Positions 8,164 through 17,668 of a stretch of 64,000 nucleotides of DNA are shown here, in pieces. Each line of letters begins with the position of its first letter. Positions within the stretch are counted from its first letter, which is position 1. The DNA is taken from the IMG/VR virus record IMGVR_UViG_3300037067_018554, positions 4,060 through 68,059 of that record. The stretch is one strand, 5' to 3'. Source of the DNA: a virus. Its lineage: Duplodnaviria > Caudoviricetes. The position numbers and the translations under genes were made by a program. The notes under the pieces are model-generated. The model was not told where the DNA came from. It saw nothing but the letters and a program-made list of their open reading frames with translations, and made no database searches.

Positions 8164-8733
8164 ATGCAATATATAGCCGGGCCAGAAGATATCCATCAAC
8201 GCACTCAAATGAACCTAATCCAAGCTGGAGCTGGAGTATTAGGTCTTGGGTTAATGAGTCCACTTGCACGATATACCGCATGGCCAATCTTAAAAGGAGT
8301 AGCCAAAGCTGGTATTGGAACTGCAAAAGGAGCCTGGTGGTTAAGTAAGACTCTTGGTGGTGGGGTTGGCGGCCAAATAGCTGCTGAAGAAATGGGCGAG
8401 GGTATTTTAGGTTTAGCAGGACGGGTAGGTTATAATGTATTAGCAGGCGGAGTTCGTGCAGGAACAGCTATAGCGCAAATGGGTGTTGGGGCGGCCGGAA
8501 TTGGAGTTGGCCTTGGCAAAACCTTCTTGGCTCATCCAGCTATATCATCAATTGGTGTCTTGGGAGCTGCTGCCACACTGGGTACTGCAGCGGGATTTGT
8601 TGATAGAGGAGAACCCTACTATGGAGCGGGTGCGTCTAACATGACCGATATTATGGGCGGGACAACTCGATCTATTATGAACAATATGAATGCCACAGGT
8701 GATATTGTATTGGGCGCACATAGAGGACGTTAA
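8164..8733 (+). CDS. Gly/Ala-rich hydrophobic protein; putative ejection protein
   Basis: Several GxxxG-type hydrophobic helices; C-terminus MNATGDIVLGAHRGR. Confidence 0.65.
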   Translation: MQYIAGPEDIHQRTQMNLIQAGAGVLGLGLMSPLARYTAWPILKGVAKAGIGTAKGAWWLSKTLGGGVGGQIAAEEMGEGILGLAGRVGYNVLAGGVRAGTAIAQMGVGAAGIGVGLGKTFLAHPAISSIGVLGAAATLGTAAGFVDRGEPYYGAGASNMTDIMGGTTRSIMNNMNATGDIVLGAHRGR

Positions 8734-9455
8734 TGTATAATAGTAACAACTATCAATATGCAGCCGAGGAAACAAGTTCCTCGATCATGGGCTCTCTGGT
8801 TCCATTAGCTGGATATATTGGACTAGGCTATGTGCATGGAAAACTACAGAATGATGCAATTTGGAACGCCAATCGCGGTTTTAAAAAAGGCGCTTGGAGA
8901 GCTTTTAAGGGGCCGTCTAAGGATAGAAATGAACGTATTGAAGAATACGTTAAAGGGTATTGGAAAAAAAGCAAAGGAAAATACAATACCGTCAGTGCCC
9001 GTGCCCGCGAAACTTTTCAAGATGATATGTGGAAGTGGACCCGCGATCATGGTGGTGGAAGTTGGAACCCTGCCAGACCTAGACAGGCCGCGTATGTACA
9101 AGCTGCACGGCAGAAGTTTGCTCAAGGTGGAGCTACTGCCGGTTCAATGACACAGAAAGCTTTTAAATCTAAAACACGCACTGCTATGGCGAAACTCCGA
9201 CTAAGTAGACTAACGGCAGCTGGCCTAGGAGTAGCCAATTTCTTATTTATAGCACCATTATTATATGACACGGCTAAGGCAGGATATGCTGGTTTGAGAG
9301 ATGCAGGGTCCATGCTAAGATCTGCGAATATGGGCAGTATAAATTTACCACAAATGGCAGCTACTGAACGTCAGCGTGCGTTATCTGCACTACATAACAG
9401 CGAGCTTAGTGCCCGCAGCGCCCTAGGTAATGAGGCTAGTTACTACCACCGTTAG
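8733..9455 (+). CDS. Basic protein with hydrophobic helices; putative ejection protein
   Basis: TAATG coupling with the previous gene; hydrophobic LTAAGLGVANFLFIAPLLY; helical C-terminus; directly upstream of TerL. Confidence 0.65.
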   Translation: MYNSNNYQYAAEETSSSIMGSLVPLAGYIGLGYVHGKLQNDAIWNANRGFKKGAWRAFKGPSKDRNERIEEYVKGYWKKSKGKYNTVSARARETFQDDMWKWTRDHGGGSWNPARPRQAAYVQAARQKFAQGGATAGSMTQKAFKSKTRTAMAKLRLSRLTAAGLGVANFLFIAPLLYDTAKAGYAGLRDAGSMLRSANMGSINLPQMAATERQRALSALHNSELSARSALGNEASYYHR

Positions 9456-9466
9456 GACTAAATCCT

Positions 9467-11272
9467 TTGCATCCAATCTGTCAAAAATGTCTTGAAGCTA
9501 GAGAGAAGCGCTTTCGTCCTACATTGGGCGAAGGATGGGATTGTGTTAAGTGTAGTTATATTCAAGAGGATTATCTCTATGGTCTAGATAAAAACCAATA
9601 TACTGAAGAACAACTTCATATCATGGAAATCTACATGGACCCCGTGAAGTTTGCCAAGTATATGTTTGAGATTACGCTTCGCTTTTATCAAGAAGAGATG
9701 ATTCGTTGTACGGCTATTCGTAAAGTCAGTAGATGTGGACGTCGTATCGGGAAATCCTGGGTTTTAACAATCTATGCATGTTGGTTCTGTTTTACTCATA
9801 AAAATAAATACGTAATGGTTATGACTCCCCGTAAAGACCAGGGAGAAAAACTATATAATTGGATAGTGCAATGGTATAACCAATTCCCGCGCTTTAGGGA
9901 ATGTATCCGCCGTAAGGCTAAAAACCCTGGCACCGTAGAGTTTAAAAATGGCTCTACGCTATTCTTTGTTACAGCGGGATCGTCTAATAATGCCAAAGCA
10001 GGAGCTGCTCGTGGTCAAGAAGCCGATGTTATCATTTTAGACGAATCTGACTACTTAAACCCTGCTGATATTGATACTGTTTTCCCAATGCTACAGCGCA
10101 CGGATGAAACAAGTGATGAAGATAAAATTCTATGGGCTTCCTCTACGCCAAGAGGCACGAGAGAGAAATTTTATACATGGGCTCACTCGGAGCGTTTCAA
10201 AGAATTCCACTATCCTTCTTGGATGAATCCTGCCTGGGATAAGACGATGGAGGCAGAGCTTCGGGAAGAACTCAAAACCAATACCGCATGGGAACACGAG
10301 GCCGCCGCTGAGTGGGGCGAAGAGATGGAAGGAGTATTTCAACATCTCTTTGTTGATAGATCTATGAGTCACGCATATCGCTTTTTTGGAGAACAAGGAT
10401 TCTGGCCCTATGAGGAAGCTAAACGTATCCCGGGTTGTCTGTATACTATTGGTGTAGACTGGAACAGTTCACGCAATGGCGTACAGATAGTCATTGTCGA
10501 ATATAATCCAGCTCTAAAAGATGAACAGGACGAATCATCAATTAAGGGGCGTTTTCGTGTAGCCACTCGAGTTAGTATCGACGCTACCGAATTCACGCAG
10601 TTAAAGGCATGCCAAGAAATTATACGTCTAAATAAAATTTGGAAACCAATGTATATCTATGTAGACCAAGGTCATGGGTCTACACAAATAGAAGAACTAA
10701 GGCGCTATGGCTTAGATCATCCAGAGGATAACATCCTTGATAAACTCAAGCCTATCGATTTTGGCTCTACTATCGAGGTTCATGATCCCGTTAATAGAAC
10801 CGTTAATAAACGACCCATAAAGCCATTCCTGGTAGGTAATGCTGTGGAGAAATTCGAGCGAGATTTAATGATATTGAATCCAGCAGATTCTCTACTAGAA
10901 GACCAGATTCGTGCCTATACAGTAGAAAAACAAACCAGAACAGGGCAGCCGATCTATTCATCTGGCTATGATCATGCATTAGACGCTCTTATGCTAGCCC
11001 TATTAGCCTTCACTATGGAATTCACTGATCTAGGAAAACCCAAGTTCACCATAGGTCTTGAATTTGCAGAAGCATGGCGCACTATCGGAGTTGCTCCTGA
11101 ACCTTCTCCTGAAGAACGATTAGCCCGAGAACAAGGAATGATCCCTGTACCTACGCGAGATATTGATAAAATATCAAAAGGGGAGTTTTTTGCACCTGCT
11201 CCTATTTGGGGAACAGGCAAAGGTAGTACCCAGAAATACTGGAACCGTCAAGTGGAAAGCCGGAGAATATAA
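9467..11272 (+). CDS. terL: Terminase large subunit
   Basis: Walker A RCGRRIGKS, Walker B VIILDESD, coupling motif ASSTP, RNase H-like nuclease IGVDWN / YVDQGHG / DHALDA; N-terminal CxxC...CxxC. Confidence 0.95.
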   Translation: MHPICQKCLEAREKRFRPTLGEGWDCVKCSYIQEDYLYGLDKNQYTEEQLHIMEIYMDPVKFAKYMFEITLRFYQEEMIRCTAIRKVSRCGRRIGKSWVLTIYACWFCFTHKNKYVMVMTPRKDQGEKLYNWIVQWYNQFPRFRECIRRKAKNPGTVEFKNGSTLFFVTAGSSNNAKAGAARGQEADVIILDESDYLNPADIDTVFPMLQRTDETSDEDKILWASSTPRGTREKFYTWAHSERFKEFHYPSWMNPAWDKTMEAELREELKTNTAWEHEAAAEWGEEMEGVFQHLFVDRSMSHAYRFFGEQGFWPYEEAKRIPGCLYTIGVDWNSSRNGVQIVIVEYNPALKDEQDESSIKGRFRVATRVSIDATEFTQLKACQEIIRLNKIWKPMYIYVDQGHGSTQIEELRRYGLDHPEDNILDKLKPIDFGSTIEVHDPVNRTVNKRPIKPFLVGNAVEKFERDLMILNPADSLLEDQIRAYTVEKQTRTGQPIYSSGYDHALDALMLALLAFTMEFTDLGKPKFTIGLEFAEAWRTIGVAPEPSPEERLAREQGMIPVPTRDIDKISKGEFFAPAPIWGTGKGSTQKYWNRQVESRRI

Positions 11273-13053
11273 TGAGCAATGACTTCTTCAAAAATAGAGT
11301 GCCAGAATTCCAACCCAGGAAAATAACCCAAGGGGCAGATCTATTAGCTCCATCAATTCCTAATCCTGAACCTATTCCTCCAGCAGCATCATCCACGCAA
11401 GATGAGGTTGTTACATTACTTGAAGAATGGAATAAAACAACACAACGCCTCGATCATCTAGGTACTATCCTGGACGCTCAAGGTAACTTAATGAATATCT
11501 GCCGCAATTTACCTCCAGTGATTGCCGAAAGATATCTTAAACATAAACTACCAGAAGAGTCTTGTTGGGCATTCTATAAGCGTATGGTGGCATTAGCACA
11601 ACAACATCCTGAGATAGACTGGAACTCTACGTTTGCGGAAGATGTAGCCAATCAAACACATCCTAGTGATGCATCAGTCACTGGCGACTTCGATATGATA
11701 CCCGAGGTAGATGAAAATGGAGCTACAACTCCCGATTTTAACCAGAACCCCGGTAAAATCAAACTCCTATTGATGCTGTTTCTTGCAATCCTCAAGTGGA
11801 TAGTAAGTGGAATTATTGCAGTTGCGTTCGCACCATTCCAGTGGTTAGAAAATAAATGGAATTCTGTAGAGATTCTAGGAGCTCGTTTACCACAAATCCA
11901 CTTTGTTGCTGAATTTAAAACTAAAGCTATTAAATGGGCAGAAGATCTTATATCGAGATGGACAAAACAGTATAATTTAAATCTTACACAAGATGTTGAA
12001 CGGATGGATGCCACTATCTTTGTAGCACACATTGAAGAATCTGTGGCTAAGTCAGATGCTCAGTACTGGCCCGAGTCTGCTTTGCTCTACTCCAAATATT
12101 ACGCATTAAGACGCAACCATGAACAAGGTGAATCTGTTATACGCAAATTTGCTGCAGATGTTCAAAATACCGGAGTCAATACTCTAGAAGCAGTAGCCCA
12201 AACAGCCACTACTGCCTACCAGATGCCAAAAGATTTATATGATTTGTTCACTCTCCAGAAAGACTATACTGAAACTTCAATCTATGATATGGAAACCCTT
12301 CTGACTAGGCAGTTTGGAGACAATCTCTTTTGCTGTATATTTAGACTACTGGGTTCTTACCAAGTTAAAATGCTGAAAGCAGCTAAACTATTACTTAAGC
12401 TATCTCTTAATAGACATGCCATTTATATCACCACTTTAGGAACTATGCTGAATAATGTCCTGGTTACCGTGATACGAGGTGTGCTCCTCGAAATATTCAA
12501 GACAGTATATGCAGCTATTAATATCGTTAATAATGAGATTAAGCAATACCTTTTTGGACGAGTCCAGTCTAGCTTAGATGACCGTATTTCTGGAGCGAGT
12601 AAGTGCATTTCGTACGAATTGTTTATCCAAACATTGTTACAATTTATTAATGAACTAGAGAATTCTATCTTGGACCTAGTCCTGGATTTTCGGAACAGTC
12701 TGAACCAGCAAAACGAATATACCCGCCTTTATATAGGCGCTCTTACACAAAGTAAGTATATTAAACGAATGCTGCGACTGATCGATATTATCCTAGAGGC
12801 TAAATCCAGGGGCGAACTCTGTAAAACATCGGCCGTTCCTACAGATCAAGAAATACTAGATCTGTGGCCTGTCATTCAGGATGACCCGGACTTTGGTGGG
12901 CTAAGTCCAACCGGACTTCCCGGTACTACCCCTCCAGGGGGAGACACAGAGTCCAGCCACCGGGTAATCTTTGATGACTGCTTACAGAAAGTTCCCCGCG
13001 AAGATCTCGAAATGGTGATGAACTGGATCACTAGATTACAGGACAATAAATAA
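11272..13053 (+). CDS. Hypothetical protein with a predicted transmembrane helix, between TerL and portal
   Basis: 593-aa ORF coupled at both ends by TAATG overlaps; hydrophobic LLLMLFLAILKWIVSGIIAVAFAPF. Confidence 0.8.
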   Translation: MSNDFFKNRVPEFQPRKITQGADLLAPSIPNPEPIPPAASSTQDEVVTLLEEWNKTTQRLDHLGTILDAQGNLMNICRNLPPVIAERYLKHKLPEESCWAFYKRMVALAQQHPEIDWNSTFAEDVANQTHPSDASVTGDFDMIPEVDENGATTPDFNQNPGKIKLLLMLFLAILKWIVSGIIAVAFAPFQWLENKWNSVEILGARLPQIHFVAEFKTKAIKWAEDLISRWTKQYNLNLTQDVERMDATIFVAHIEESVAKSDAQYWPESALLYSKYYALRRNHEQGESVIRKFAADVQNTGVNTLEAVAQTATTAYQMPKDLYDLFTLQKDYTETSIYDMETLLTRQFGDNLFCCIFRLLGSYQVKMLKAAKLLLKLSLNRHAIYITTLGTMLNNVLVTVIRGVLLEIFKTVYAAINIVNNEIKQYLFGRVQSSLDDRISGASKCISYELFIQTLLQFINELENSILDLVLDFRNSLNQQNEYTRLYIGALTQSKYIKRMLRLIDIILEAKSRGELCKTSAVPTDQEILDLWPVIQDDPDFGGLSPTGLPGTTPPGGDTESSHRVIFDDCLQKVPREDLEMVMNWITRLQDNK

Positions 13054-15161
13054 TGAGCTTCCTCTCAAACCTATTCTCTGCTTTTGGTAGTAAAAAGGTG
13101 GTGGACGCTCCGTCCCCTGCCGGCTCTAAAAGTAGCCAGCTACCAACGGTTGTATTTATTCCTGTAGCTAATGCTCCCCCCAGTCGAGCCATTGCTAGCC
13201 AGGAGCTTGACTACAACTTAGCAGTTTTGGACCCAGTAGTAGATACTGAAAGTATTGTATTCCAAACAATTAGTAAAATCGTCGAACGCATGTTTAATAG
13301 TGGATGCAACTTTGTCTCCAGTGATCCAAAAGCTTTAGAGTATATCCGCCGCAGATTTTATGAGTTCTCCATTGTTACCAATATCCCCACTAATGTTCTT
13401 CTTGAACAAGCTGCATGGGATACCATTTTATATTCCAATGGCTATCTAGTAAAAGTTAGAGATCAAGATTCTTCTAGCGGGAAACCCTGGAACGACAATG
13501 ACGACGAGGACCGAGAACCAATTGCGGCCCTTATCCGTACAGACCCATCCGCAGTGGTGCCTCACAAAAACAAACGTGGTCTTATTGATTATTATGAGCT
13601 TAAAGAAACTATTACTATTGCCGGTGGTGGCGGGAATCAAAAAGCACAGCGCATTAAACCTAAAGATATTCTACATATTTATGCTTATAAGCGGGGGCGC
13701 TATGCACAAGGTACGCCATCTTTATGGCCCGTACTCCAGGATATAAGAACCTTAAGACATATCGAAGAAAACGTAGACTTATTGGTTCACAAACATATCT
13801 TCCCATTATACCAATATATCGTAGGGTTAGATGATGCGCCAGCTCGTCCAGAAGAGATCGAGTATATTAAACAAAAAATTCAAGAGATGCCGCCACAAGG
13901 CGCCTTCGTAACTCCAGAACGTCATAAGGTGGTCGTTATTGGAGCCGAAGGTGAAGCTCTTGATGTATCAAAATATCTTGAACACTTTATGCGCCGCGTT
14001 CTTATGGGAACAGGTCTTGGTGAAGTCTCGTTTGGCGTAGGCAATGGAGCCAACAGAGCTACTGCAGAAGTTATTGATCGAGCACTAATTGAGCGCGCTA
14101 AATATTTCCAGAAGCTTTTATGTATCTTCTTCAATGAACAACTCATACCCGAGTTGCTAGCTGAAGGTGGCTATGATATCTATAACTTTGGCAAAACCCC
14201 TGACGTAGAACTCAAGTTTGCTGAAGTAGACTTTGATGCTAAGATTAAGAAAGAAAATCACTATATTAACCTCTTTAACAATAATGGGATTACAGAAAAT
14301 GAGATGCGTGAAGGTCTTGGCCGGGACGTTATTCCTCCTACGGGGCCAGAACGGGAATTACTTAAGTGGGCTCTCTACAATGTACCGGCCATGGAGATGG
14401 AACAAAAGCTTAAAGAAGCTGCTGCTAACACAACCAAAAATGCTGATCAGCCTAAAAATCAGCATGGCGAACAAGGCAGTCCTAAGCGCAATAGTTCCTT
14501 AGAGGTTAATGATAGTTATCAGCCCTCACAACTAGATGAGCAAACTATCGCTGCCTTTAAAGCTGCGCAAACCGATACTATAAACATTATTAAGCAGGCG
14601 TTGGCTCAAGCCAGATCATTAAATCCCCAAGATTTATTAGGTATACAAACAGTTATCGGCGTAGCAGAAAGCCAAATTAAAACAGATAGCACACCTTATA
14701 TCGAACAGGCCTTCTACCAAGGATTGCGCCAAGGCGGTGTGCGGGACCATGTGCAACATATTGAGGATATTGTTAAAACTGAAATCATACCCGTGCATGA
14801 CAGGCTCGTACAGAAAACTATGACAAATATAAGAAAAGATGTTATTAATCTACTAGAGAGACATTCTACCCTGACCCAAGACACTCCAGTGTCAGCGACA
14901 GCTCTTTTTGATGTTAAAAAGCACTATATCACTGAAACAAACAGTGTGGGTCTCTCTAAAGCTAGGCATTATGGTGCGATCCTAGCAGCTAGATTGTCTG
15001 GAAAAGATAAAGTAGCAGTAGTGGCTAATAAAGACTGCAAGATTTGCAAAGACCATCACGGTCAAATTCTAGATACGCGGTTAATAGATAGTGACACTTT
15101 ACCTGGGTACCACGGAAATTGCTCTTGTACACTAGGACCAGCACCGGAGAATATTAAGTGA
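13053..15161 (+). CDS. Portal protein with C-terminal head-morphogenesis (Mu gpF / SPP1 gp7-like) extension
   Basis: Position between TerL and protease; portal-like ILHI...GTPSL..V and GNGANRATA segments; C-terminal CKICKDHHG...LPGYHGNCSC. Confidence 0.85.
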   Translation: MSFLSNLFSAFGSKKVVDAPSPAGSKSSQLPTVVFIPVANAPPSRAIASQELDYNLAVLDPVVDTESIVFQTISKIVERMFNSGCNFVSSDPKALEYIRRRFYEFSIVTNIPTNVLLEQAAWDTILYSNGYLVKVRDQDSSSGKPWNDNDDEDREPIAALIRTDPSAVVPHKNKRGLIDYYELKETITIAGGGGNQKAQRIKPKDILHIYAYKRGRYAQGTPSLWPVLQDIRTLRHIEENVDLLVHKHIFPLYQYIVGLDDAPARPEEIEYIKQKIQEMPPQGAFVTPERHKVVVIGAEGEALDVSKYLEHFMRRVLMGTGLGEVSFGVGNGANRATAEVIDRALIERAKYFQKLLCIFFNEQLIPELLAEGGYDIYNFGKTPDVELKFAEVDFDAKIKKENHYINLFNNNGITENEMREGLGRDVIPPTGPERELLKWALYNVPAMEMEQKLKEAAANTTKNADQPKNQHGEQGSPKRNSSLEVNDSYQPSQLDEQTIAAFKAAQTDTINIIKQALAQARSLNPQDLLGIQTVIGVAESQIKTDSTPYIEQAFYQGLRQGGVRDHVQHIEDIVKTEIIPVHDRLVQKTMTNIRKDVINLLERHSTLTQDTPVSATALFDVKKHYITETNSVGLSKARHYGAILAARLSGKDKVAVVANKDCKICKDHHGQILDTRLIDSDTLPGYHGNCSCTLGPAPENIK

Positions 15162-16741
15162 AGAAACACGCACGTATTTTTGATTCCTTCATTATTCCTG
15201 AAACACAGATTGAAGGACATGACAAAGTCCGCGAACGGCTAACCAATATGATAGCCGATTCGTCCAAAAGTGCCGAGCGCGTTTCCCTGCTTTCTGAAGC
15301 AATTGTTACACATGCCGGGATGGTAAATCGCAACTGGGGATATTATCCCCCAGAGAAAATTCGGAACTCAGCTAAGCATTGGATTGAACCTTATAGACGT
15401 CCTGTGCTTTACAACCACGATGAATATGACAAGCCTCGTGGTAGAGTAATGGGCTCAGTCTATAAAGATATTACCCCGGCTTTAGCGCCTAAAGACGTTA
15501 AGAGATCAGTCTTCCGGGATGGGTTTCAGTATAGAGGATTAGGATATCTACAGAACTTGCTAGATGTATCCGATCCAGAAACAGTAGCCGGCATTCTCGA
15601 TGGTAGATTGTCTACCGTATCCGTCTCAGGTGAGACTGATGAATTAAAGTGTTCCGTCTGTGGCCAAGATTGGTTAACAGATGGTAGATGTGAACACCGA
15701 TTTGGTAATGAGTATCAAATCGAAGACTCAGAAGAGATGGCACTAGCATACTTTATAGCTGGTAATTTCATCTGGGATGAATTATCTTTTGTGAATACCC
15801 CGGCGGATCCGTTTGCAATGGTTGTCAACCCCGAGGTAACTGCCACAGCAAAAGATAAGGTACTTGAGATTTATCAAGTAAAAGATTGTACAGTAGATAA
15901 AGAAGCAATAGTAGATAAAGACCTAAGTCGGTTATTCAAGATGTATGCAGTAAATCTAGAAAGCCGACAAGTGGTAAATCTAAGCGACTCACATGTGCTT
16001 GATAAACTCGAGTCAATCTATGGCAAAAGGATTTTCGCTATGAGCAAACCAGCAGAAGAGAAGCCGGTGGCACCTGCTCCAGTAAAGGATGAGGCTGTTG
16101 TTGAAGCTCCCGCTTCTACACCAGCTCCAGAAGCACCTGCCGCACCAGCTCCAGAAGCTCCTGCCGCACCAGCTCCAGAAGCTCCTGCAGCGGAGGCACC
16201 CGCGTCTCCCGTAACTCCAGAAACTCCCGCAGTAGCGGAAGAGAAACCCGCAGAGGCTGCTCCAGCCGATGCAGCACATAAGGAAACTGATGAATTAAAA
16301 GCAGCCCTAGAAACACTTAAGGCTGAGCTAGATAAGGCAAAGAAAGATCTAACCGATGCTACTACCAAGTCTACAGAATTAACTGATCAATTAGTGGCAG
16401 TACAGGTTGGAGTTAAACGTGAAAAGATTAATCGTGCTTTTGATATGATTAATGCTTCTCAGTTAGATAAAGTAACATCTGAAGATCGCGAGAAGTTTAT
16501 CACCGACAATCTTACCAAAGCGGATGCTGATATCGAAGCTCTGGTTAAGGATGCCGCAGCTAAGCAGGCAGAAGCCTCCAGCAAACTTCCTTCTATCAAA
16601 GACCAGGAAAATGCAGGAGTTGAGGAAGCACCCGAAATCAACGAAGAGGAAATTATTGATCGCTTTGTTGATAGCATGTCAGAAGAGGACATGATCGGTT
16701 ATGTATTGCGCGGGCGAATTGTTCCCGAAGCATACGAATAA
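15158..16741 (+). CDS. Prohead protease fused to scaffolding domain
   Basis: THAG...PVLYNHD...GRV, TVSVSG, ELSFVNTPAD protease-type motifs; CSVCG..CEH Zn loop; Pro/Ala/Glu-rich linker and acidic coiled-coil C-terminus. Confidence 0.85.
   Translation: MKKHARIFDSFIIPETQIEGHDKVRERLTNMIADSSKSAERVSLLSEAIVTHAGMVNRNWGYYPPEKIRNSAKHWIEPYRRPVLYNHDEYDKPRGRVMGSVYKDITPALAPKDVKRSVFRDGFQYRGLGYLQNLLDVSDPETVAGILDGRLSTVSVSGETDELKCSVCGQDWLTDGRCEHRFGNEYQIEDSEEMALAYFIAGNFIWDELSFVNTPADPFAMVVNPEVTATAKDKVLEIYQVKDCTVDKEAIVDKDLSRLFKMYAVNLESRQVVNLSDSHVLDKLESIYGKRIFAMSKPAEEKPVAPAPVKDEAVVEAPASTPAPEAPAAPAPEAPAAPAPEAPAAEAPASPVTPETPAVAEEKPAEAAPADAAHKETDELKAALETLKAELDKAKKDLTDATTKSTELTDQLVAVQVGVKREKINRAFDMINASQLDKVTSEDREKFITDNLTKADADIEALVKDAAAKQAEASSKLPSIKDQENAGVEEAPEINEEEIIDRFVDSMSEEDMIGYVLRGRIVPEAYE
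16121..16192 (+). repeat. 24-bp tandem repeat x3 encoding PAPEAPAA
   Basis: CCAGCTCCAGAAGC(A/T)CCTGC(C/A)GC(A/G) at 16121, 16145 and 16169. Confidence 0.95.
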
Positions 16742-16798
16742 GTATTTAGTATTTAGCAGTCTGATTTCGAGTAAGTTATTTCTTAGGAGGATTTACTA

Positions 16799-17632
16799 AT
16801 GGCTGAAACAGTCGGCACTTCTCAGCAAATCCCAGTACGTACGTACCCCCATGTTTCCCGTACTCGGCCGAACCTAGAGGTTAGCACCTCTGTTCGTCCT
16901 GCGGGTGCATGGCAGGTCGCAGCGTATCTGCCTGTAACCTTTATGGATCAGGGCTCTGACGATTTCATCGTCATTGCGAAAGGCACTATCGTCGCTTGTG
17001 ACTCTACCGGGTACCTTATTCCCGCTACAGGCATCAGCAACGTAACCGATACCTATACCACCATGGATGTCAATGCTGGTGTGAAGAATTCGAGTGGCAC
17101 GCTTGTTACCGCAGGCGAGACCTACACTCGTACTGCACGCAAGCCTATTGGCGTTGCCATGTATGACATCTACCAGAATATTGCCAATAAGTATTTGAAC
17201 TACCGGCAGCAGGTCGAGATTAGTGGTGTGCTCTGCGAGGGTACGATTGACGTACCTTATTTTACGTTCGAAGATCTGGGTTCGCCCACTTCTGAGGCCG
17301 CAGCCGCAGCACTCGTCAAAGCCAAAGTCGGTGGATTGGCATATGGCCCTACCGCTGCAAAGAATTTGACTATTGGCGATCTGGTTATGCCAGACGGCAA
17401 TGGCAAGTTCGTGCAGTTTGATACTACCAACGCTTCGTACCCATCTCCTGATGAGGTGGCCTACGTAGTTGGTAAGGTCATCATGGTAGATACGGATTTC
17501 CCGAAGGAGTACTTGCAATACGTGCAGACGTATCCTATGAGCGCGGTTGCAGGTACAGAGACCGGTGGTATGCCCAATGCTCTTGCCAATGTTGGTGCAA
17601 CCCGCATGGTTCGTATCCGTCTAACGTTCTAA
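16799..17632 (+). CDS. Head decoration / capsid-stabilising protein
   Basis: Strong SD AGGAGG; lies between protease-scaffold and MCP, the usual position of gpD-like genes; beta-rich. Confidence 0.65.
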   Translation: MAETVGTSQQIPVRTYPHVSRTRPNLEVSTSVRPAGAWQVAAYLPVTFMDQGSDDFIVIAKGTIVACDSTGYLIPATGISNVTDTYTTMDVNAGVKNSSGTLVTAGETYTRTARKPIGVAMYDIYQNIANKYLNYRQQVEISGVLCEGTIDVPYFTFEDLGSPTSEAAAAALVKAKVGGLAYGPTAAKNLTIGDLVMPDGNGKFVQFDTTNASYPSPDEVAYVVGKVIMVDTDFPKEYLQYVQTYPMSAVAGTETGGMPNALANVGATRMVRIRLTF

Positions 17633-17668
17633 ATATAACCGCACGATATATCTTAGGAGGATATAAAA

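Noticed and set aside
9467-11272. Intein or intron in TerL
   Set aside because: Length and motif spacing are continuous, with no intein N-/C-terminal or LAGLIDADG motifs.
16013-16368. Overlapping - strand ORFs and the many other short antisense ORFs in the track
   Set aside because: They are shadows of + strand genes (here of the PAPEAPAA repeat), lacking SDs and protein-like composition.
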